The notes beneath the pieces were generated by a model. That model had not been told where the DNA came from. It saw only the letters and a program-made list of their open reading frames with translations, and did no database searches. Shown here piece by piece: positions 21,545 through 33,092 of a stretch of DNA of 64,000 nucleotides (position 1 is its first letter; each line of letters begins with the position of its first letter). This stretch comes from Chlorokybus atmophyticus (lineage: Eukaryota; Plantae; Mesostigma and Chlorokybus algae), in the NCBI GenBank assembly GCA_009103225.1, contig RHPI01002090.1, positions 1,101,932 through 1,165,931 of the forward strand, written 5' to 3'. The translations under genes were made by a program, and so were the position numbers.

Positions 21545-24271
21545 CTAACTGCGCGGCGGGCATTCGATGGTGTCCACACTTGTTGTGGTGGTACCCGTTC
21601 GTGTGTCATACTTCCTGGTTGTATTGAGTGTGAAGCAGCGTCCGTCTTTGTCATAGTCCGCATACACAAACTCAGAATCATCATCCTCGGTGGAATATTC
21701 ACATGTTCCGCTACCACTAACGCGCGAGTGATGATACTGCTTCCGCAACAGCACTCCCTGCTTTGTTGTCCGCCTGATGCTATACGACGCATCCACATAG
21801 TCGCTGTGGCCGCAGCCTACGTCGGAGCAACTCTCATCACTGTAGGCGTACACGCTCTCCGTGTGCCCAATGCTCGTGACGCGCGTTGGCGTGTTACCGC
21901 GAGACGTCTTTTGGTCAACGTGCAGATGCACTTCCACCCCAAAGCAGTAGCCGCCTACCGTCGTCACCGTCAAGTTGGAAATCTGCGTCACGTTGACGTA
22001 CACTACTCCTGCCGAGGACTGACCAAGCCAAGAGATAGTGTTAGTGTCGAATGCCATGCACGCCAGCGCAGCAACAACATCACCAGCGGTGATGATGCAA
22101 GTGAACAGCTACTCACCTTGACAGTTCCCCTGAGCGTGACGCTGGAGTTGGCAGCCTCGTAACTGCAAGAATACGGTAAGTCAACGTAGCAGTCCGGGTT
22201 GTACGCTGGGCCGAGCTGGAACGGACCGCTTGTGGACGACTCCAACAACGTGCCGGACGTGCGATTCGCGCGCTTATCCACGTATATGAACAAGTTTCCA
22301 TCCACCAGCAGAACCTGCCATCATAGGTAAAACACTGTGTGAAATCAAAGCGACACTGACACGCACACATGCAGTCCCTTGTATCACTCGCATCTTGATG
22401 CGGGTTCTTCAACGCAAAGGTGTGCGTGCGGCCGTCGACGAGGCGTCCCACCATCGGTGTGATGTCCACGCTGAAGCTTAGGGCCAGAGGCTCGTGCAGG
22501 CGCTGCGTGTCGATGTGAGCGAAGCCGGCCGTGACACCGTCCACAAGCACCTGAACCTGCTTGTCCCTCTCAACAACTGGCGTGCTGAGGTAAGGAGCAC
22601 CTGGCACGGCCACGCCAATCACCTGGGGAGAGGCATGCATGAGGACACGAGGATATCAGGTGATAATGTGTGCCCCCTCCTCACCTCGATGCTTGCAGAC
22701 ACCATGTTGCGGGGCAGCCTGAGTGTGGCGCTGCCTGTCCCACCTGATGGCGCAAGTGTGAACCACGGCGCTATGTTGGGCCCACCTGAGCATCATGCTC
22801 AAGATGATTAGCACGCAGCATGTTGGTGTGTGGGTCGTGACACACCTGTCACGTTGAACCCGCCATGCTACCTTGAGATATGGGGAGCACGATGGGCGGG
22901 AAGACTGCCGCATCTTCGGGATAGTTGGTGTAGTAGTCTTCGTCGATGTTGTAGTAGCGCAGCGTGATGGTGGCGTTGAGCACGGGAGAATATTGGTTGC
23001 TGTCGCTGTTGTATACGACGGAGACCGTGGCCGTCTGCTTCTTGCCCATCAGAGATAAGAACTGCGCATGCGTAAATGGAAGCGTGAGAGAGAGGGAACT
23101 GGGCTGATGAATGCGCACTTTATCGGTTGTGGTTGCGAACGACAGAGACCATGCTGACAATAAGAATTGCAGAGCAATCTGTTTGCTCGAAGCGAGAGCC
23201 ACTGACCTGTGTGACACTTTTCTCAATTGCCCACCGCTTGGTTCCTCGGGGATCGGGGGAGTCCGCAGCAGAAAAGGTTCCTTCTGGGAAAAGCCCCCGC
23301 ATGATCTCCACGCCTGTAGCAGGTGGGGGCAAGTTCTGTGTCAGTCGTGGCAGACACGCAAGCAACCCCACACATGCGTGCAGGAGCAAGCGTGCGCATG
23401 CGCATGTACGTGCTCCTGCACTCTTTGCACGCTTGCACTCTGAACACATCATGTGCGGCACGCTTACGTGGGCGCGCACGACTACACGCACACATACACA
23501 TAAACGGCATGTGTATGACAGCTACAATCACATACAGAACGGGACGAATGACAAGCGACCAAGCATCATTGTGTTCTGTGTTCAATTGCTCCCCCGCATG
23601 ACACTGACATGCACGCACGTGCGCATGCACACGCACGCTCTCACGGCCGACCTCCAATCCATACGCCAACAATGCCATTCGCAGGCACGAAGTCGCTCGT
23701 CTGAAAGAATGCCTCGATGCTGAGTCCGTGCCACGGCGGGCCTTCGCAGTTCGCGCCGGGGGGCGTAACGAAGGGCAAGAAGTCCGTCTGGACCACCTGG
23801 CCAGGCTGCGTGAAAGAGAAGCGAGCAATGACGTCGTCGCAACGATCACTGGGATCGACCGGGATTTGGTTGTCCGACACCTGCAGTGTGTGCATGTGGG
23901 CAGAGGCTTGAGGGGAGTGCAATGATGAATGTGTCTGTGCACGTGTGCTCCGCAATGCAACTGGTTCAAAACTCTCCGGTGTGCTTGCAAGTGCGTACGT
24001 TCCACACACAGCATGTGTGCCAGTCATGTACATGCATGCGGGAAAAATGCATCATGCAGTCAGCCTGAGGCAGGTGCGCATGCATGTGTCCGGGCAGGCT
24101 GCTTGCCAGCAAGCAGACAAGACACGTGTGGCTCACGTCTGCATAGCCGGTGGACGACGGCCAGGGCTCGGTATTGCGCTGCGCCTCGGCGGAAGACGCC
24201 GTCAGGAGCAGCAGCAGCGCCCATACCAACCACACCACCAGCGACAACGACAGCGCCATGACAGACGTCAA
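21545..24271 (-). CDS. Secreted PNGase A-like (acidic peptide:N-glycanase family) protein
   Basis: Signal peptide; GVWIGG | VEIMRG...WAIEKSVT; LPRNMVSASIE; KQVQVLVDG; SFSVDITPMVGRLVDGRTHTF; LLVDGNLFIYVD. The order of these blocks is collinear with PNGase A. Confidence 0.7.
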
Positions 24272-24768
24272 CGCTGCAACAGCAATGAGAAACTTTGACA
24301 GACTTCAACCAGAGCCAACACACAACGAACTGCCAAAACCACAACGACGGTGCAGGTCCTTTGTAGGCCTATCCAGCAGGCATTTGCCGCAATACCTGCA
24401 AACGGAGTCCGTTCGCATCGATTGAACCGTGCATGCACGCAGCCACTTTCTTGCAAAGGTCGTCACGCGGGTCACTGACAAAGGTCCTAATGCGGCATGT
24501 TACTGTCACAGTGCCCGCTCAATGCCATTGAGTCAATGGCAAGCGTCAGGAAGTCAAGTCAACGCTGATATTATCCACCATGTACCATACCAGGACTACG
24601 TACTAAAATGGCACGCAGCAGCGTTGCGGCATTCGCGAGAATCTATCATGATGCGCCTGTCAGGTTCTGACAACCCTCCTGGCGCACAAGGTTCCGGCCT
24701 TAGGTCACCATCTTGCAGAAGGCCTATGGGGAGCCGCATGCTTAAAACACACACACTGAGTGTTGGGC

Positions 24769-27700
24769 ATTAACCACCTCCAGGGGTCGGTTAGTGGTTA
24801 ATAGGTTAATGTTAACGCCGGGTTAATCCCTCATGCGGTCACAGTTTGCGACGAAACCAGGTGCAAACGAAAGCTCTCGATGAGTTCTTTTCAACTGTAA
24901 TTCAAGTTGGTAGATTGAAGCAAGTGTGTCTGATGCATTTTTACCATCATACTTATGCTATGTTACTGCTTGTACCGCGACGCATGATAATATATATTGC
25001 ATACTTATTATTGCTACATGTGATGTAGTATACCTAATTATCAAGGCAAGCATGTGTGCGTAAGCAAGGCAACAATAAAAAAGTCTATACTAAGCAGAGG
25101 GACCTGCAAATGCTATCACTAATTAATATCTACTTCTTGTATTGGTGGAAGCCTAACGTCCGGCAAGGTTCGACCCCAAATGTTGCGCAGTGTTGCTCTA
25201 TCTTTCAAGCTCAACATGGCTTCCTCCTCGTTGTCATCATCATTAACATCAACACCCCTCAACAACATTTGTATGTCCTCATCAAATGCCCTCTCATCAA
25301 AGATGAGCTCCTCTGTGGACTTTAAGCCTGCTTCAAGTGACTCGCGCACAATGTAATTGCTGCTTTCATAAACGGTGTGTGCATCGTCATCGCCCACCAC
25401 GATAACATCATCGCGGCGCGGCATGTACCTGTGCAATGCACAAATCAGCAACTTGCACAACACTTGCATGTGCAGCACAAAACTCATAGTTGCTCACCTT
25501 TTTTCTTGAGTAAGACATGGTGCAGACCTCTTTACTTTTGGCAGCGATGACTGATTAGCGCCACCTTTATTACACGCGCCACTTGCAAGCGGTTTCAGCG
25601 CTTCATGTAAGGTTTGCCCCACAGATGCGACCAACTTGCGGCGCTGCATGAGGCAAATGGTGCGCATCTCGGCTTCCACTTGCAACAGCCGCACAATTGC
25701 ATCCACTTGAGAGCCCCACCGTGTAGCCACAGCAACCTTCAATGCTTTAGGCCCTGTCAGTCGGGCTTGTAGCCGCCCCAATGGGACTGAATGGTTGTTG
25801 AACCAGTTGATGATGATTGTACAGTCTTTTAAAGCAGCTGTAGCTGACCTGTTCACCTTAAAATAGTCTCCAACTATCAAGTTCCCCTCCAGCATCAGAG
25901 CAGGCGGTCATGTCGCAACCTTGAAGTGCATGTGCATGTCTTAATAGAGCAGTCAGTAGCAACCAACCAGCTACACAAGCAAACTAGTACCTGATGCGCA
26001 TAGCAATCAAGCGAGATTGTGCTTGGGAACTTGTCGACGATGATGCAACGAGCTTTACGACAGTCATTAGCAGCGTCGGAGACACTGGCATAAACAGTAT
26101 TGTAGGTGCTGGTGATGATGTCAATCTTCTCTTTAATCAGATCAGCCAGACATTCGGCCAGCTAGCGTTGTGCGGTGACATCAACATCGATGCGGAAACA
26201 TCTGCACATAGACTTGTATCAGCACAATGCAGATGTACTTGCAAATCTGGCGCACTTCCTATCACATATACATGCTCCATACTTGGTGGTTGTCGGAAAC
26301 AATGGTGAATGCCAGCAGTTGCCGTCGCGTGATGTTTGTTCAGCAATTTTGGACCAACAAGCAACCTGCCACCATCACATGCATTATGCATCATACTTAC
26401 GCGCACTGGCAGCATTGCAATTGACAGTGCAATACCTTTGGCTTGCGACAGGGCTTCATGCATTTGGTCCTCAGTTGTTGCTACTTCGTTGCCAAGGATG
26501 CGTGCCAAGTGTCTTGCGCGTAGGTAATGAGGCAGATGGACGCAAGAAGCTGAGCTCTTGCACTTCAGGCACATCTATGCTCATGAAATACCATGTTGCA
26601 GCAATGGTCGCCCTCAACAGCAAGTTCTACCTACATGTATCGTAGATTCGCTCACCTACATAGTATATGCACTCAATTTTGCAGCGGTATAGGTGGACAG
26701 TCAGGATCTATTCCAGAGCAATCAAAGGTAAATTATCTAATTACTCAAAATGGTACGGTAAACTAAGGGTAAACTGCGCCAATGCCGGAGCTGCTATGGA
26801 ACTTCTTCTCCTCAGCATCAGTGAATGTTACATCAGTCAGGGGTACAGCACGAAATTAGCTTGTGTTGTTGACGTCTCAGATAGATGCCGCTTATTAAAG
26901 GTAGAAGCAGATACCTTTAAGCTCCTTTCATATCTTGCAATGATCTGCATCACAGTGCTGGCACTGCACCAAATGTGCATGCATGTGTTTACCAATACCC
27001 ATGCAATGCTCGCGATCTGGTATGTGACCCACTGCTGCCACACATGCTTTGCAAGTTGCACCATAATGGCTACTATTACGTTTCTGTTGTATTCTATCAA
27101 AGTGCTGCCATATAGGCAACTTCGTGTTGCCACCCTGTGGCTCTAAGACACCGCCATCATTAGCTGACGAAGCAGACATGCTGACAAACGCATGCACACA
27201 AGGACCGCACAACTTCACACATAGCGCGAGCAGAACATACTAGTAGTACACTACACCCCATCATCACAGCAACTGAACACGCTGTGCATGCATACACATA
27301 TGTAGCTTGCATACTGGTTGCATTAGCACATGCATGTTACGCATGCTGGCTGAACTACGCTGGCATGCGCTTGTGTAAGCAGACTACGCAGAGTCGACCA
27401 TGAACTCCTTCCACCATTGTTTACCTTGCTTGCCGCCTTCGATGCCCAAAGCCTGTAGCAAGGCTCCACTGACATTGCGCCCAACCTTCAAGCATCACTC
27501 AAACACCGCCGCCGCTGCCGCCGACAAAAAGGTCGGAAACAGACAAGTTAGGGCACAGTCGGTTACGTCACTCGCTACGTATCTACGTGACGTAAGCAAG
27601 ACGTCATCAACGTGTCTCAACGTAACTCAGCGTAACCCATTAACCCGCTAATTTCCTCTGCTCTCCGGTAATAGTTTACATTAACCTCATCAACCTGGTT
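24769..27700 (-). mobile_element. Decayed hAT-superfamily DNA transposon (BED finger plus DUF659-like transposase pseudogene); ends approximate
   Basis: BED-like IWQHF...ATCKAC...MHAHLVQC; FLRPSASLPTRKTL; WFNNH...VATRWGS. Many stops and frameshifts. GGTTAA motifs face inward at both ends. Confidence 0.75.
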
Positions 27701-27749
27701 ATTGATTTAGTGGTTGTTGTTTAAGGCACAACACTACACACACACACTC

Positions 27750-29850
27750 TCTACTTGATTTTTCGAATATGGCAGTACAGAGTGGCCAAGCGTTCAGGCG
27801 CGGAGATGGTGGCGCGGGGCTTGAGGGTGTGGATGGAGGCGCACGAAGGCCACGTCATCATGAGGGTGGACATCGCCAACGCGTTTATGAACGGTTCGCG
27901 ATTTTTAAGGAGCTGCGGCAGTCGCCTTTTGCGGCGTATATACCGTTCGTACGACTTTATACGGTACGGCCTGGACGCTCTAGTACGGAGGGACGGTGGC
28001 GTTGTACTCATCCTCTCCGCCAGGGGGACGCGCTAGGGAGACCCTTTGGCGGAGTTTCTATACGCCCTCGTGCACACACTTGTCCTTGCACATGATGCCA
28101 AATCATCGTCACGCACAAGGTGTGGCGTACGCCGACAATACTTTTTTAATGGGGCCGCCGGGAGAGGTGTCGGCGGCGTCACGTGCACTCGACGACGAAA
28201 TGGCGGCGATCGGCCTCCACGTGGCACTGCATACGTCGTCGGTGTATAGCGCCGATGACGGGGCGTTGCGCGTGATGGACGTGGCAGACGCGGTGCACCG
28301 TTTTGCCGGCGGTCTCGTGGCGTTAGGGGCGCCAATGGGGGCTGCCGCGTTTGTCAACAATCACTGCGCCGACACCTTGAAGCGCTGTACGGACGATTTG
28401 ACCGTATTGCAATCATTGTCGGACACCCAGGTGGCCGCGCTACTATTGAGCAAGTGCGTGGCGGCGCGCCCAGGGTACCTGACGCTTACCGTACCCCCAA
28501 CGGACAACTTCCTCACCGCACTCTCTGCGTTCGACGACACGCTCACAGCGGCGTATCAAGCAATCATTCACGCTCCGGCATGGAGCATGGGCGGCGCTTC
28601 GGCGATGGCCCGCGTGGTAACACAGGTACAGCTGCCTGTGTCGGCGGGAGGCTTGGGGTTAAGAAGTGCACGCGTGCACGCATCTGCGGCGTACATCGGA
28701 TGGGGGGCAGTTGCAATGCACTTGCGTCGGCGTTTCACGGCGCCCGCCGACCCCCTGTCGTGTCGGCTCGAGAATGTCGACGCCGGTGACTTGCCGTTTC
28801 AACGCGACATCCTTGCGGCCATGGACCTTTTGCCATCGGCGGCACGCCAGCTATCGTCGGCCTTATCGGCCTCGGCGCGCACGGAAGCGCGGAAGTTACG
28901 GGAGGGCCTGAGCGAGGCAATCGACGCAAGAGAGGTCGACACTTGGGCGGAGCAGCACCGACCGACCTGGCGCGACGCCAATCAGCGGCGGGAGTCTCCG
29001 CAGGAGCGTGGTTGTCGGCGCTGCCGGTTTCTCCGGCGTTGCCGGTTTCTCCGGCGTTGCGGTTGTCCGCGGACATTTTTTGCACTGATGTGCGCACCTG
29101 CCTGGCACTGCCGCACCCGATGCTAGCGGCGATCATGCATTGCGTGTGCGGCGTGACGCTCATGCTTCAAGGGGCGCACTTGCTGCGGTGCCCGGTGGGC
29201 CGCAACAAGACCGCAACGCATAACGCGTTGCATGACGAGATGTACGAAATTATGCGGGAGGTAGGGTGGGTGGGTCAGTCGCGAGTAGGTGGGCTTTTTG
29301 CCGATGCGTCAAGGCGAGTCACATGGGCGACGGGTAGACCTAGTGGCGTCCGAGCTAGGGCGTGACGCGCGCATGCTGCTCGATGTGACGGTGACAGCGT
29401 GTGGCGACCGGCCAGGATCCGCCGCGCGTCTCGCCGAGCAGGCCAAGCGCCGCAAGTACGCCGACCACGCACCCACGGACACTTTCTTCCCATTGGTCGT
29501 CGAGACGCATGGCATCATGGGACAGGCATCCCATGACGCGATCGACCGTTGCGCACGCCGCACGATCGACGTGCAGGGCTGCCGCGTCGGCGGCTACCAG
29601 GTTTATTGGCGATCTACCGACAGCAACTGGCGTGCGCGCTCCAACGGGCGCATGGATTGGCCGTCTTGAAGCGTGGGGCGGAGGCGGTGGCAGCAGTTCC
29701 AGGGTGGGGCCTTGTGCCGACGTCGACGGCAACGGCTGAAGAGGACGCCATAGTGGCTGCAGCTGCTTAGCTGTATTTGTTATGAGCATGGTTGGCATTC
29801 TATTGTCATGACCATGCTTTAAGCTATGTAATAGACTTGTTCTCTCATTC
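27750..29850 (+). mobile_element. 5'-truncated, inactivated RLE-type non-LTR retrotransposon (CRE-like)
   Basis: RT motifs VDIANAF, GTR*GDPL, AYADN and QLPVSAGGLGLRS; GAWLSALP; CCHC-like CVCG...HLLRC...HN; RLE RRVDL...LDVTV...AEQAKRRKY...PLVVETHG. Several frameshifts. Confidence 0.85.
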
Positions 29851-29926
29851 AATAGAGAGTGCGTCCATGAATACGTCCATGTACTACATGGACGTACTCG
29901 TGTTCATCTAATTATACAGCCAGCCA

Positions 29927-31164
29927 TGCCTATGACTGCAGCTATCGTATCACCTACACACACTAAGCAGCTGCGGTGAGAAGGGCGTCCTCCTCCGTCG
30001 TCGGCGCCGTCTGCTGTGCTGGCCCCCACCCCGGCACAGCCGCCACACCGCAGCAGCCATGCGTTCCCAGATCGCCAACCCTTGAAAAGGCAGGCAGTTC
30101 AAGGGCCCACGGCATAAGGGAGGTGAAGGCAGGTTTGTCTAGACGTAGCATTTGCACTGCTTGATTTTGCAATGCCACAACGGGTGCTAGCGCTCATTAC
30201 AAAGCCACAGCGCCAGTGCTAGCACAGCTGGATTGAGTACCCTAACTAGCCCTCGCGTGTTATTACGATATGCTTAAGGTTTGCTTGGTTGGAGTGCGCT
30301 AGCATATGTATGTGAAGGTAGAGTAGTGGCGATTATGCGTGCATGCATAAGTAGCATGGCTCATAGCACAAGTATGATATCATATTGGCAATATGTCGAG
30401 CTATTGTACAGAAATAAAAGCATTCTATGATTGAACATCAAGGTATATTTTGGATTATTAAGTAGTTATAGCATGAGAACCGAATGGTAAAACGCTAATG
30501 ATTTGCTAATGCTGCGGTGGCTTTTACGTCGGCAAGATTGCTGTTTATGACGGGCGCCGGACGCAGAAGCCACCGCAGCATTAGCAAATCATTAGCGTTT
30601 TACCATTCGGTTCTCATGCTATAACTACTTAATAATCCAAAATATACCTTGATGTTCAATCATAGAATGCTTTTATTTCTGTACAATAGCTCGACATATT
30701 GCCAATATGATATCATACTTGTGCTATGAGCCATGCTACTTATGCATGCACGCATAATCGCCACTACTCTACCTTCACATACATATGCTAGCGCACTCCA
30801 ACCAAGCAAACCTTAAGCATATCGTAATAACACGCGAGGGCTAGTTAGGGTACTCAATCCAGCTGTGCTAGCACTGGCGCTGTGGCTTTGTAATGAGCGC
30901 TAGCACCCGTTGTGGCATTGCAAAATCAAGCAGTGCAAATGCTACGTCTAGACAAACCTGCCTTCACCTCCCTTATGCCGTGGGCCCTTGAACTGCCTGC
31001 CTTTTCAAGGGTTGGCGATCTGGGAACGCATGGCTGCTGCGGTGTGGCGGCTGTGCCGGGGTGGGGGCCAGCACAGCAGACGGCGCCGACGACGGAGGAG
31101 GACGCCCTTCTCACCGCAGCTGCTTAGTGTGTGTAGGTGATACGATAGCTGCAGTCATANGGCA
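29927..31164. repeat. Long near-perfect inverted repeat (arms about 597 bp, spacer 43 bp)
   Basis: 29927-30523 is the reverse complement of 30567-31164; mirrored ORFs at 29963-30178(-) and 30912-31127(+); N at 31160. Confidence 0.95.
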
Positions 31165-32108
31165 CGAGCATGGATTATGAGAGGGGTGGGAGCTGTTTTC
31201 GGTGCCATCATGTAATTAAGTCATGTGATGTGGGTATGTCATAGTGACACTGCTGGGTAGTGTCATTATTACCACAATTGAGCGGTTAAATGAAATGTGA
31301 ATGGATATCATGGTGGCGAAAGTTGCTATGGTGTCACGCCTGATCATAACCAAACATAGCGCTGACGAGGCATTTGCAAGGGTAAGTCGCATTGCTTGCG
31401 GAGCTCTGCTGAAACTTTCAAGAAGAGGCAAATGTGTAGATAAAGTTTTTGGATGCACCTCTTTTTGTTGCTTTTACCCAAACCATTGCTGCAATGTGTG
31501 CACTTTGTAATGTGGTTGTTGATCAAATCTGCATTCCTAGCGTTAAGCACATTATGCACAATGTGCAGCGCACAACACTGTTGCATTCTTGTGCAAAGTA
31601 GCAAAGTTTAGCGCTTGGTGTCGCGGCAATCCGTAATGTAATGCAACGTTCAATAACCCCCCATCTCTTAACAATTGCTGCAATTGTTGCAAAATCACAA
31701 AAGTTGTGTGTCACTCTATTGGTTAAAGAAAAATTATCACGTATAAGCTGCATACCGATGAAGTTGTAGCATATTGTGTTTGCTTTAAACAATACATATA
31801 AGTAGGTGAAAGATAGTATAAGTTATTAGCTGATCGATAAGCATTCTGACTCGTGCAATCTGTGCATGGCGTCATAAACAACTTTGCAAAGTATTGTATT
31901 GTTGAACACTCTTCTAATGATAACATGCTAATTGGTTATGAACGCGGGGTACGCATATATTAATGAAATGCTAATTTCTGATACTAATGTCATGCATTTT
32001 GCACATACCTTTAAGCACGGAGTGTATCAACAGTTTTACATGACGGTACGGCCGAAACTGTCAAGCAAATTCGCTCATAATTGGCCATAACTTACCATAG
32101 GCCATGAC

Positions 32109-32283
32109 TCACGGGCTCCATCATGGCCCAAGAGGTGTGTGATTGACCATTGACCATATCATGCCACACAGTCCTTGCATTCTATTTATTATATACTCCA
32201 TTTCGATGGATCATGGTAGTTTACGTACGTGATCATCGTAGTTTTACGATACATTTGTATGGAGGCCATGATGGAGCCCGTGA
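32109..32283. mobile_element. Small MITE-like element with 20-bp perfect inverted repeats
   Basis: TCACGGGCTCCATCATGGCC (32109-32128) is inverted at 32264-32283 around an AT-rich interior. No TSD identified. Confidence 0.5.
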
Positions 32284-32611
32284 TTGCGCCACGGGTACTG
32301 CACACTAGTACCAATGCAACCTTACAACACAGCGTCAACTCACATGTGTCGCTCTCGATGTAAGACTACATGCCAGCACCTCCCTCCGGATCCAGGCCGT
32401 GGCGGCGGCGGCGGCGGCCGCCGTGGTTGATGGGCATGCCGTCCGAAGCTGATCTGCCTTGCTGAGACACCCAGGGCGGGTGACACGGGCAGAGAGACGA
32501 AGCAGTCAACCATTGCAAAGCACTCTGTGTTAACGCATGCTGCAAGCCAGGTATTGCTGTTCGGGTTCGGGTTTGAGGGCGTGAAGGCGGGAGGAGCAGC
32601 AAGGGAGAGCC

Positions 32612-32731
32612 ATGGCATCCGGGGCCGCACACCTTCGGCATGAAGGAGGCGAGATGCGTCTGTCGGCGCCTTTGCAGGTCGGCGACCTCGTCTGGGCCAA
32701 GGTAAAGACGCACCCTTGGTGGCCAGGCCAG
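32612..32731 (+). pseudogene. Isolated exon encoding the N-terminal half of a PWWP domain
   Basis: LQVGDLVWAKVKTHPWWPGQ followed by a GTGGGT donor; no matching downstream exon found. Confidence 0.6.
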
Positions 32732-32896
32732 GTGGGTCGTCCGTCTGATACCAACACCCGTTGTCTATGCATGCATTGCTGTTGCGTGTTCGTATTCTGC
32801 AATGTCTGCATTGAGAGCGTTAGTGTTGCACTGTCCAAGCTCGGTACTAGTCCACACGCGCACTACGTTTGTTGTTGGACAATTGAGCTATGTAAC

Positions 32897-33092
32897 AGGC
32901 ATGCAATTGCTGCCAAGTGCTCTGAATCAGCATTCGCACCAATATTCTCTGGGAGTATCCGGTGCCAGCTGCACAGCAGTTAAAGTGGTATTTTCTGTTC
33001 CGTGCCCAAAGCACTAGGCATGCAATTGCTGCCACGTGCTCTGAATCAGCATTCACGCAAACATTGACAGGGAGTTTTTGGTGCCAGCTGCA
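32897..33092 (+). repeat. Diverged direct duplication, 119-bp period
   Basis: aggcatgcaattgctgcca.gtgctctgaatcagcattc...ggtgccagctgca at 32897 and 33016. Confidence 0.85.

Noticed and set aside
24781-27697. CAGG...CCTG as exact hAT termini
   Set aside because: The putative TIRs diverge after 4 bp and the 8-bp flanks (ACCACCTC versus GTTATTGA) do not match.
32460-32500. Minus-strand LPVSPAL resembling the CRE protein
   Set aside because: Seven-residue match with no other CRE motif nearby.
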